In this document: piece by piece, positions 25,301 to 37,300 of the stretch
Layout of the letters: every line of letters starts with the position of its first letter
How positions within the stretch are numbered: position 1 is the first letter of the stretch
Origin: Eledone cirrhosa
Taxonomy: Eukaryota
Assembly (NCBI GenBank): GCA_964016885.1
Contig: OZ024742.1
Location: forward strand, 30,752,001 to 30,816,000
Reading direction: 5' to 3'
DNA: 64,000 nucleotides
The notes under the pieces: generated by a model
Database searches by the model: none
What the model saw: only the letters and a program-made list of their open reading frames with translations
Told to the model about the DNA's origin: nothing
Program-made: the position numbers and the translations under genes

Positions 25301-28300
25301 GGTGTGGTCTCTCTCAGTCGTAACTTGGTGTGGTCTCTCTCAGTCCTAAGTTGGTGTAGTCTCTCTCAGTCCTAACTTGGTGTGGTCTCTATCAGTCCTA
25401 ACTTGTTGTGGTCTCTCTCAGTCCTAAGTTCGTGCTGTCTCTCTCTCAGTCCTAACTTGGTGTGGTCTCTCTACGTCCTAACTTAGTGTGGTCTCTCTCA
25501 GTCCTAACTTGGTGTGGTCTCTCTCAGTCCTAACTTGGTGTTGTCTCTCTCACTCCTAAGTTGGTGTGGTCTCTCTCAGTCCTAACTTGGTGTAGTCTCT
25601 CTCAGTCGTAACTTGGTGTGGTCTCTCTAAGTCCTAACTTGGTGTAGTTTCTCTCAGTCCTAACATGGTGTAGTCTCTCTCAGTCTTAACTTGGTGTAGT
25701 CTCTCTCTGTCTTAAGTTGGTGTGGTCTCTCTCAGTCCTAAGTTGGTGTGGTCTCTCTCAGTCCTAACTTGGTGTGGTCTCTCTCAATCCTAAGTTGGTG
25801 TAGTCTCTCTCAGTCCTAAGTTGGTGTGGTCTCTCTCAGTCCTTACTTGGTGTAGTCTCTCTCAGTCCTAACTTGGTGTGGTCTCCCTCAGTCCTAACTT
25901 GGTGTGGTCTCTCTCAGTCCTTACTTGGTGTGGTCTCTCTCACTCCTAACTTGGTGTGGTCTCTCTCAGTCCTTACTTGGTGTAGTCACTCTCAGTCCTA
26001 ACTTGGTATAGTCTCTCTCAGTCGTAACTTGGTGTAGTCTCTCTCAGTCGTAACTTTGTGTAGTCTCTCTCAGTCCTAAGTTGGAGTGGTCTCTCTCAGA
26101 CCTAAGTTGGTGTGGTCTCTCTCAGTCCTAATTTGGTGTGGTCTCACTCAGTCCTTACTTGGTGTAGTCTCTCTCAGTCCTAACTTGGTGTAGTCTCTCT
26201 CAGTCCTAACTTGTTGTGGTCTCTCTCAGTCCTAACTTAGTGTAGTCTCTCTCAGTCCTAATTTGGTGTGGTCTCTCTCAGTCCTAACTTAGTGTAGTCT
26301 CTCTCATTCCTAAGTTGGTGTGGTCTATCTCAGTCCTAAGTTGGTGTGGTCTCTCTCAGTCCTAAGTTGGTGTGGTCTCTCTCATTCCTAACTTGGTGTA
26401 GTCTCTTCCAGTCCTAAGTTGGTGTGTTCTCTCTCAGTCCTTACTTGGTGTAGTCTCTCTCAGTTCTAACTTGGTGTAGTCTCTCTCAGTCCTAACTTGG
26501 TGTGGTGTCTCTCAGTCCTAACTTGGTGTAGTCTCTCTCAGTCCTAAGTTGGTGTGGTCTCTCTCAGTCCTAACTAGGTGTAGTCTCTCTCAGTCCTAAG
26601 TTGGTGTGGTCTCTCTCAGTCCTAAGTTGGTGAAGTGTCTCTCAGTCCGAACATGGTGTGGTCTCTCTCACTCCTATGTTGGTGTTGTCTCTCTCAGTCA
26701 TTACTTGGTGTAGTCTCTCTTAGTCCTAACTTGGTGTGGTCTCCCTCAGTCCTAAGTTGGTGTGGTCTCTCTCAGTCCTAAGTTGGTGTGGTCTCTCTCA
26801 GTCCTAAGTTGGTGTGGTCTCTCTCAGTCCTAAGTTGGTGTGGTCTCTCTCAGTCCTAACTTGGTGTAGTCTCTCTCAGTCCTAACTTGGTGTGGTCTCT
26901 CTCAGTCCTTACTTAGTGTAGTCTCTCTCAGTCCTAACTTGGTGTGGTCTCCCTCAGTCCTAAGTTGGTGTGGTCTCTCTTAGTCCTAAGTTGGTGTAGT
27001 CTATCTCACTCCTAAGTTGGTGTGGTCTCACTCAGTCCTAAGTTGGTGTGGTCTCTCTCATTGCTAACTTGATGTAGTCTCTTTCAGTCCTAAGTTGGTG
27101 TGTTCTGTCTCAATCCTAACTTAGTGTGGTCTCTCTCATTCCTTACTTGGTGTAGTCTCTCTCAGTCCTAACTTGGTGTAGTCTCTCTCAGTCCTAAGTT
27201 GGTGTGGTGTCTCTCAGTCCTAACTTGGTGTAGTCTCTCTCGGTCCGAACTTGGTGTGGTCTCTCCCAGTCCTAACTTTTTGTGGTCTGTCTCAGTCCTA
27301 ACTTGGTGTAGTCTCTCTACGTCCTAACTTGGTGTGGTCTCTCTTAGTCCTAACTTGGTGTGGTCTCTCTCAGTCCTAACTTGGTGTAGTCTCTCTCAGT
27401 CCTAACATGGTGTAGTCTCTCTCAGTCTTAACTTGGTGTAGTCTCTCTCAGTTGTAACTTCGTGTAGTCTCTCTCAGTCCTAAGTTGGTGTGGTCTCTCT
27501 CAGTCCTAAGTTGGTGTGGTCTCTCTCAGTCCTAACTTGGTGTAGTCTCTCTCAGTCCAAACTTGTTGTGGTCCCTCTCAGTCCTAACTTGGTGTAGTCT
27601 CTCTCAGTCCTAAGTTGGTGTGCTCTCTCTCAGTCCTAACTTGGTGTAGTCTCTCTCAGTCCTAAGTTGGTTTGGTCTCTCTCAGTCCTAACTTGGTGTG
27701 TTCACTCTCAGTCCTTACTTGGTGTAGTCACTCTCAGTCCTAACTTGGTGTAGTCTCTCTCAGTCCTAAGTTGGTGTGGTCTCTCTCAGTCCTAACTTGG
27801 TGTGGTCTCTCTCAGTCCTAACTTGGTGTAGTCTCTCTCAGTCCTAAGTTGGTGTGGTCTATCTCACTCCTAAGTTGGTGTGGTCTCTCTCAGTCCTAAG
27901 TTGGTGTGGTCTCTCTCATTCCTAACTTGGTGTAGTCTCTTTCAGTCGTAAGTTGGTGTGTTCTCTCTCAGTCCTAACTTGGTGTGGTTTCTCTCATTCC
28001 TTACTTGGTGTAGTCTCTCTCAGTCCTAACTTGGTGTAGTCTCTCTCAGTCCTAAGTTGGTGTGGTGTCTCTCAGTCCTAACTTGGTGTAGTCTCTCTCA
28101 GTCCTAAGTTTGTGTGGTCTCTCTCAGTCCTAACTAGGTGTAGTCTCTCTCAGTCCTAAGTTGGTGTAGTCTCTCTCAGTCCGAACTTGTTGTGGTCTCT
28201 CTCAGTCCTAAGTTCGTGCTGTCTCTCTCTCAGTCCTAACTTGGTGTGGTCTCTCTCAGTCCTAACTTGGTGTAGTCTCTCTACGTCCTAACTTTGTGTG

Positions 28301-31300
28301 GTCTCTCTCACTCCTTAGTTGGTGTGGTCTCTCTCAGTCCTAACTTGGTGTAGTCTCTCTCAGTCCTAAGTCGGTGTGGTCTCTCTCAGTCCTAACTTGG
28401 TGTAGTCTCTCTCAGTCGTAACTTGGTGTGGTCTCTCTAACTCCTAACTTGGTGTAGTCTCTCTCAGTCCTAAGTTGGTGTAGTCTCTCTCAGTCTTAAC
28501 TTGGTGTAGTCTCTCTCAGTCCTTACTTGGTGTAGTCTCTCTCAGTCCTAACTTGGTGTGGTCTCCCTCAGTCCTAAGTTGGTGTGGTCTCTCTCAGTCC
28601 TAACTTGGTGTGGTCTCTCTCAGTCCTAAGTTGGTGTGGTCTCTCACAGTCCTAAGTTGGTGTGGTCTCTCTCAGTCCTAAGTTGGTGTGGTCTCTCTCA
28701 GTCCTTACTTGGTGTAGTCACTCTCAGTCCTAACGTGGTATAGTCTCTCTCAGTCGTAACTTGGTGTAGTCTCTCTCAGTCGTAACTTTGTGTAGTCTCT
28801 CTCAGTCCTAAGTTGGTGTGGTCTCTCTCAGTCCTAACTTGGTGTAGTCTCTCTCATTCCTAACTTGGTGTGGTCTCTCTCAGTCCTAACTTGGTGTAGT
28901 CTCTCTCAGTCCTTACTTGGTGTAGTCTCTCTCAGTCCTAACTTGGTGTAGTCTCTCTCAGTCCTAACATGGTGTAGTCTCTCTCAGTCTTAACTTGGTG
29001 TAGTCTCTCTCAGTCGTAACTTCGTGTAGTCTCTCTCAGTCCTAAGTTGGTGTGGTCTCTCTCAGTCCTAAGTTGGTGTGGTCTCTCTCAGTCCTAACTT
29101 GGTGTAGTCTCTCTCAGTCCAAACTTGTTGTGGTCCCTCTCAGTCCTAACTTGGTGTAGTCTCTCTCAGTCCTAAGTTGGTGTGCTCTCTCTCAGTCCTA
29201 AGTTGGTGTGGTCTCTCTCATTCCTAACTTGGTGTAGTCTCTCTCAGTCCTAAGTTGGTTTGGTCTCTCTCAGTCCTAACTTGGTGTGTTCTCTCTCAGT
29301 CCTTACTTGGTGTAGTCACTCTCAGTCCTAACTTGGTGTAGTCTCTCTCAGTCCTAAGTTGGTGTGGTCTCTCTCAGTCCTAACTTGGTGTGGTCTCTCT
29401 CAGTCCTAACTTGGTGTAGTCTCTCTCAGTCCTACGTTGGTGTGGTCTATCTCACTCCTAAGTTGGTGTGGTCTCTCTCAGTCCTAAGTTGGTGTGGTCT
29501 CTCTCATTCCTAACTTGGTGTAGTCTCTTTCAGTCCTAAGTTGGTGTGTTCTCTCTCAGTCCTAACTTGGTGTGGTTTCTCTCATTCCTTACTTGGTGTA
29601 GTCTCTCTCAGTCCTAACTTGGTGTAGTCTCTCTCAGTCCTAAGTTGGTGTGGTGTCTCTCAGTCCTAACTTGGTGTAGTCTCTCTCAGTCCTAAGTTTG
29701 TGTGGTCTCTCTCAGTCCTAACTAGGTGTAGTCTCTCTCAGTCCTAAGTTGGTGTAGTCTCTCTCAGTCCGAACTTGTTGTGGTCTCTCTCAGTCCTAAG
29801 TTCGTGCTGTCTCTCTCTCAGTCCTAACTTAGTGTGGTCTCTCTCAGTCCTAACTTGGTGTAGTCTCTCTACGTCCTAACTTTGTGTGGTCTCTCTCACT
29901 CCTTAGTTGGTGTGGTCTCTCTCAGTCATAACTTGGTGTAGTCTCTCTCAGTCCTAAGTCGGTGTGGTCTCTCTCAGTCCTAACTTGGTGTAGTCTCTCT
30001 CAGTCGTAACTTGGTGTGGTCTCTCTAACTCCTAACTTGGTGTAGTCTCTCTCAGTCCTAACATGGTGTAGTCTCTCTCAGTCTTAACTTGGTGTAGTCT
30101 CTCTCAGTCCTTACTTGGTGTAGTCTCTCTCAGTCCTAACTTGGTGTGGTCTCCCTCAGTCCTAAGTTGGTGTGGTCTCTCTCAGTCCTAACTTGGTGTG
30201 GTCTCTCTCAGTCCTAAGTTGGTGTGGTCTCTCTCAGTCCTAAGTTGGTGTGGTCTCTCTCAGTCCTAAGTTGGTGTGGTCTCTCTCAGTCCTAACTTGG
30301 TGTAGTCTCTCTCAGTCCAAACTTGTTGTGGTCCCTCTCAGTCCTAACTTGGTGTAGTCTCTCACAGTCCTAAGTTGGTGTGGTCTCTCTCAGTCCTAAC
30401 TTGGTGTAGTCTCTCTCAGTCCTAAGTTGGTTTGGTCTCTCTCAGTCCTAACTTGGTGTGTTCTCTCTCAGTCCTTACTTGGTGTAGTCACTCTCAGTCC
30501 TAACTTGGTGTAGTCTCTCTCAGTCCTAAGTTGGTGTGGTCTCTCTCAGTCCTAACTTGGTGTGGTCTCTCTCAGTCCTAACTTGGTGTAGTCTCTCTCA
30601 GTCCTAAGTTGGTGTGGTCTATCTCACTCCTAAGTTGGTGTGGTCGCTCTCAGTCCTAAGTTGGTGTGGTCTCTCTCATTCCTAACTTGGTGTAGTCTCT
30701 TTCAGTCCTAAGTTGGTGTGTTCTCTCTCAGTCCTAACTTGGTGTGGTTTCTCTCATTCCTTACTTGGTGTAATCTCTCTCAGTCCTAACTTGGTGTAGT
30801 CTCTCTCAGTCCTAAGTTGGTGTGGTGTCTCTCAGTCCTAACTTGGTGTAGTCTCTCTCAGTCCTAAGTTTGTGTGGTCTCTCTCAGTCCTAACTAGGTG
30901 TAGTCTCTCTCAGTCCTAAGTTGGTGTAGTCTCTCTCAGTCCGAACTTGGTGTGGTCTCTCTCAGTCCTAACTTGTTGTGGTCTCTCTCAGTCCTAAGTT
31001 CGTGCTGTCTCTCTCTCAGTCCTAACTTGGTGTGGTCTCTCTCAGTCCTAACTTGGTGTAGTCTCTCTACGTCCTAACTTTGTGTGGTCTCTCTCACTCC
31101 TTAGTTGGTGTGGTCTCTCTCAGTCCTAACTTGGTGTAGTCTCTCTCAGTCGTAACTTGGTGTGGTCTCTCTAACTCCTAACTTGGTGTAGTCTCTCTCA
31201 GTCCTAACATGGTGTAGTCTCTCTCAGTCTTAACTTGGTGTAGTCTCTCTCAGCCCTAAGTTGGTGTGGTCTCTCTCAGTCCTAACTTGGTGTAGTCTCT

Positions 31301-34300
31301 CTCATTCCTAACTTGGTGTAGTCTCTCTCAGTCCTAAGTTGGTGTGGTCTCTCTCAGTCCTAAGTTCGTGTGGTCTATCTCAGTCCTAAGTTGGTGTGGT
31401 CTCTCTCAGTCCTAAGTTCGTGTGGTCTCTCTCATTCCTAACTTGGTGTAGTCTCTTTCAGTCCTAAGTTGGTGTGTTCTCTCTCAGTCCTAACTTGGTG
31501 TAGTCTCTCTCAGTCCTAAGTTGGTGTGGTCTCTCTCAGTCCTAACTTGGTGTAGTCTCTCTCAGTCCTAAGTTGGTGTGGTCTCTCTCAGTCCTATCTT
31601 GGTGTGGTCTCTCTCAGTCCTTACTTGGTGTAGTCACTCTCAGTCCTAACTTGGTGTAGTCTCTCTCAGTCCTAAGTTGGTGTGGTCTCTCTCAGTCCTA
31701 ACTTGGTGTGTTCTCTCTCAGTCCTAACTTGGTGTAGTCTCTCTCAGTCCTAAGTTGGTGTGGTCTATCTCACTCCTAAGTTGGTGTGGTCTCTCTCAGT
31801 CCTAAGTTGGTGTAGTCTCTCTCGCTCCTAACTTGGTGAGGTCTCTCTCAGTCGTAACTTGGTGTAGTCTCTCTCAGTCCTTACTTAGTGTGGTCTCTCT
31901 CAGTCCTAACATGGTGTTGTCTCTCTCAGTCCTAACTTGGTGTGGTCTCTCTCAGTCGTAACTTGGTGTGGTCTCTCTCAGTCCTAAGTTGGTGTAGTCT
32001 CTCTCAGTCCTAACTTGGTGTGGTCTCTATCAGTCCTAACTTGTTGTGGTCTCTCTCAGTCCTAAGTTCGTGCTGTCTCTCTCTCAGTCCTAACTTGGTG
32101 TGGTCTCTCTACGTCCTAACTTAGTGTGGTCTCTCTCAGTCCTAACTTGGTGTGGTCTCTCTCAGTCCTAACTTGGTGTTGTCTCTCTCACTCCTAAGTT
32201 GGTGTGGTCTCTCTCAGTCCTAACTTGGTGTAGTCTCTCTCAGTCGTAACTTGGTGTGGTCTCTCTAAGTCCTAACTTGGTGTAGTTTCTCTCAGTCCTA
32301 ACATGGTGTAGTCTCTCTCAGTCTTAACTTGGTGTAGTCTCTCTCTGTCTTAAGTTGGTGTGGTCTCTCTCAGTCCTAAGTTGGTGTGGTCTCTCTCAGT
32401 CCTAACTTGGTGTGGTCTCTCTCAATCCTAAGTTGGTGTAGTCTCTCTCAGTCCTAAGTTGGTGTGGTCTCTCTCAGTCCTTACTTGGTGTAGTCTCTCT
32501 CAGTCCTAACTTGGTGTGGTCTCCCTCAGTCCTAACTTGGTGTGGTCTCTCTCAGTCCTTACTTGGTGTGGTCTCTCTCACTCCTAACTTGGTGTGGTCT
32601 CTCTCAGTCCTTACTTGGTGTAGTCACTCTCAGTCCTAACTTGGTATAGTCTCTCTCAGTCGTAACTTGGTGTAGTCTCTCTCAGTCGTAACTTTGTGTA
32701 GTCTCTCTCAGTCCTAAGTTGGAGTGGTCTCTCTCAGACCTAAGTTGGTGTGGTCTCTCTCAGTCCTAATTTGGTGTGGTCTCACTCAGTCCTTACTTGG
32801 TGTAGTCTCTCTCAGTCCTAACTTGGTGTAGTCTCTCTCAGTCCTAACTTGTTGTGGTCTCTCTCAGTCCTAACTTAGTGTAGTCTCTCTCAGTCCTAAT
32901 TTGGTGTGGTCTCTCTCAGTCCTAACTTAGTGTAGTCTCTCTCATTCCTAAGTTGGTGTGGTCTATCTCAGTCCTAAGTTGGTGTGGTCTCTCTCAGTCC
33001 TAAGTTGGTGTGGTCTCTCTCATTCCTAACTTGGTGTAGTCTCTTCCAGTCCTAAGTTGGTGTGTTCTCTCTCAGTCCTTACTTGGTGTAGTCTCTCTCA
33101 GTTCTAACTTGGTGTAGTCTCTCTCAGTCCTAACTTGGTGTGGTGTCTCTCAGTCCTAACTTGGTGTAGTCTCTCTCAGTCCTAAGTTGGTGTGGTCTCT
33201 CTCAGTCCTAACTAGGTGTAGTCTCTCTCAGTCCTAAGTTGGTGTGGTCTCTCTCAGTCCTAAGTTGGTGAAGTGTCTCTCAGTCCGAACATGGTGTGGT
33301 CTCTCTCAGTCCTATGTTGGTGTTGTCTCTCTCAGTCATTACTTGGTGTAGTCTCTCTTAGTCCTAACTTGGTGTGGTCTCCCTCAGTCCTAAGTTGGAG
33401 TGGTCTCTCTCAGTCCTAAGTTGGTGTGGTCTCTCTCAGTCCTAAGTTGGTGTGGTCTCTCTCAGTCCTAAGTTGGTGTGGTCTCTCTCAGTCCTAACTT
33501 GGTGTAGTCTCTCTCAGTCCTAACTTGGTGTGGTCTCTCTCAGTCCTTACTTAGTGTAGTCTCTCTCAGTCCTAACTTGGTGTGGTCTCCCTCAGTCCTA
33601 AGTTGGTGTGGTCTCTCTTAGTCCTAAGTTGGTGTAGTCTATCTCACTCCTAAGTTGGTGTGGTCTCACTCAGTCCTAAGTTGGTGTGGTCTCTCTCATT
33701 GCTAACTTGGTGTAGTCTCTTTCAGTCCTAAGTTGGTGTGTTCTGTCTCAATCCTAACTTAGTGTGGTCTCTCTCATTCCTTACTTGGTGTAGTCTCTCT
33801 CAGTCCTAACTTGGTGTAGTCTCTCTCAGTCCTAAGTTGGTGTGGTGTCTCTCAGTCCTAACTTGGTGTAGTCTCTCTCGGTCCGAACTTGGTGTGGTCT
33901 CTCCCAGTCCTAACTTTTTGTGGTCTGTCTCAGTCCTAACTTGGTGTAGTCTCTCTACGTCCTAACTTGGTGTGGTCTCTCTTAGTCCTAACTTGGTGTG
34001 GTCTCTCTCAGTCCTAACTTGGTGTAGTCTCTCTCAGTCCTAACATGGTGTAGTCTCTCTCAGTCTTAACATGGTGTAGTCTCTCTCAGTTGTAACTTCG
34101 TGTAGTCTCTCTCAGTCCTAAGTTGGTGTGGTCTCTCTCAGTCCTAAGTTGGTGTGGTCTCTCTCAGTCCTAACTTGGTGTAGTCTCCCTCAGTCCAAAC
34201 TTGTTGTGGTCCCTCTCAGTCCTAACTTGGTGTAGTCTCTCTCAGTCCTAAGTTGGTGTGCTCTCTCTCAGTCCTAACTTGGTGTAGTCTCTCTCAGTCC

Positions 34301-37300
34301 TAAGTTGGTTTGGTCTCTCTCAGTCCTAACTTGGTGTGTTCACTCTCAGTCCTTACTTGGTGTAGTCACTCTCAGTCCTAACTTGGTGTAGTCTCTCTCA
34401 GTCCTAAGTTGGTGTGGTCTCTCTCAGTCCTAACTTGGTGTGGTCTCTCTCAGTCCTAACTTGGTGTAGTCTCTCTCAGTCCTAAGTTGGTGTGGTCTAT
34501 CTCACTCCTAAGTTGGTGTGGTCTCTCTCAGTCCTAAGTTGGTGTGGTCTCTCTCATTCCTAACTTGGTGTAGTCTCTTTCAGTCCTAAGTTGGTGTGTT
34601 CTCTCTCAGTCCTAACTTGGTGTGGTTTCTCTCATTCCTTACTTGGTGTAGTCTCTCTCAGTCCTAACTTGGTGTAGTCTCTCTCAGTCCTAAGTTGGTG
34701 TGGTGTCTCTCAGTCCTAACTTGGTGTAGTCTCTCTCAGTCCTAAGTTTGTGTGGTCTCTCTCAGTCCTAACTAGGTGTAGTCTCTCTCAGTCCTAAGTT
34801 GGTGTAGTCTCTCTCAGTCCGAACTTGTTGTGGTCTCTCTCAGTCCTAAGTTCGTGCTGTCTCTCTCTCAGTCCTAACTTGGTGTGGTCTCTCTCAGTCC
34901 TAACTTGGTGTAGTCTCTCTACGTCCTAACTTTGTGTGGTCTCTCTCACTCCTTAGTTGGTGTGGTCTCTCTCAGTCCTAACTTGGTGTAGTCTCTCTCA
35001 GTCCTAAGTCGGTGTGGTCTCTCTCAGTTCTAACTTGGTGTAGTCTCTCTCAGTCGTAACTTGGTGTGGTCTCTCTAACTCCTAACTTGGTGTAGTCTCT
35101 CTCAGTCCTAAGTTGGTGTAGTCTCTCTCAGTCTTAACTTGGTGTAGTCTCTCTCAGTCCTTACTTGGTGTAGTCTCTCTCAGTCCTAACTTGGTGTGGT
35201 CTCCCTCAGTCCTAAGTTGGTGTGGTCTCTCTCAGTCCTAACTTGGTGTGGTCTCTCTCAGTCCTAAGTTGGTGTGGTCTCTCTCAGTCCTAAGTTGGTG
35301 TGGTCTCTCTCAGTCCTAAGTTGGTGTGGTCTCTCTCAGTCCTTACTTGGTGTAGTCACTCTCAGTCCTAACGTGGTATAGTCTCTCTCAGTCGTAACTT
35401 GGTGTAGTCTCTCTCAGTCGTAACTTTGTGTAGTCTCTCTCAGTCCTAAGTTGGTGTGGTCTCTCTCAGTCCTAACTTGGTGTAGTCTCTCTCATTCCTA
35501 ACTTGGTGTAGTCTCTCTCAGTCCTAACTTGGTGTGGTCTCTCTCAGTCCTAAGTTCGTGTGGTCTATCTCAGTCCTAAGTTGGTGTGGTCTCTCTCAGT
35601 CCTAAGTTCGTGTGGTCTCTCTCATTCCTAACTTGGTGTAGTCTCTTTCAGTCCTAAGTTGGTGTGTTCTCTCTCAGTCCTAACTTGGTGTAGTCTCTCT
35701 CAGTCCTAAGTTGGTGTGGTCTCTCTCAGTCCTAACTTGGTGTAGTCTCTCTCAGTCCTAAGTTGGTGTGGTCTCTCTCAGTCCTTACTTGGTGTAGTCT
35801 CTCTCAGTCCTAACTTGGTGTAGTCTCTCTCAGTCCTAACATGGTGTAGTCTCTCTCAGTCTTAACTTGGTGTAGTCTCTCTCAGTCGTAACTTCGTGTA
35901 GTCTCTCTCAGTCCTAAGTTGGTGTGGTCTCTCTCAGTCCTAAGTTGGTGTGGTCTCTCTCAGTCCTAACTTGGTGTAGTCTCTCTCAGTCCAAACTTGT
36001 TGTGGTCCCTCTCAGTCCTAACTTGGTGTAGTCTCTCTCAGTCCTAAGTTGGTGTGCTCTCTCTCAGTCCTAACTTGGTGTAGTCTCTCTCAGTCCTAAG
36101 TTGGTTTGGTCTCTCTCAGTCCTAACTTGGTGTGTTCTCTCTCAGTCCTTACTTGGTGTAGTCACTCTCAGTCCTAACTTGGTGTAGTCTCTCTCAGTCC
36201 TAAGTTGGTGTGGTCTCTCTCAGTCCTAACTTGGTGTGGTCTCTCTCAGTCCTAACTTGGTGTAGTCTCTCTCAGTCCTAAGTTGGTGTGGTCTATCTCA
36301 CTCCTAAGTTGGTGTGGTCTCTCTCAGTCCTAAGTTGGTGTGGTCTCTCTCATTCCTAACTTGGTGTAGTCTCTTTCAGTCCTAAGTTGGTGTGTTCTCT
36401 CTCAGTCCTAACTTGGTGTGGTTTCTCTCATTCCTTACTTGTTGTGGTCTCTCTCAGTCCTAAGTTCGTGCTGTCTCTCTCTCAGTCCTAACTTGGTGTG
36501 GTCTCTCTACGTCCTAACTTGGTGTGGTCTCTCTCAGTCTTAACTTGGTGTAGTCTCTCTCAGTCGTAACTTCGTGTAGTCTCTCTCAGTCCTAAGTTGG
36601 TGTGGTCTCTCTCAGTCCTAACTTGGTGTAGTCTCTCTCAGTCCAAACTTGTTGTGGTCCCTCTCAGTCCTAACTTGGTGTAGTCTCTCTCAGTCCTAAG
36701 TTGGTGTGCTCTCTCTCAGTCCTAAGTTGGTGTGGTCTCTCTCATTCCTAACTTGGTGTAGTCTCTCTCAGTCCTAAGTTGGTTTGGTCTCTCTCAGTCC
36801 TAACTTGGTGTGTTCTCTCTCAGTCCTTACTTGGTGTAGTCACTCTCAGTCCTAACTTGGTGTAGTCTCTCTCAGTCCTAAGTTGGTGTGGTCTCTCTCA
36901 GTCCTAACTTGGTGTGGTCTCTCTCAGTCCTAACTTGGTGTAGTCTCTCTCAGTCCTATGTTGGTGTGGTCTATCTCACTCCTAAGTTGGTGTGGTCTCT
37001 CTCAGTCCTAAGTTGGTGTGGTCTCTCTCATTCCTAATTTGGTGTAGTCTCTTTCAGTCCTAAGTTGGTGTGTTCTCTCTCAGTCCTAACTTGGTGTGGT
37101 TTCTCTCATTCCTTACTTGGTGTAGTCTCTCTCAGTCCTAACTTGGTGTAGTCTCTCTCAGTCCTAAGTTGGTGTGGTGTCTCTCAGTCCTAACTTGGTG
37201 TAGTCTCTCTCAGTCCTAAGTTTGTGTGGTCTCTCTCAGTCCTAACTAGGTGTAGTCTCTCTCAGTCCTAAGTTGGTGTAGTCTCTCTCAGTCCGAACTT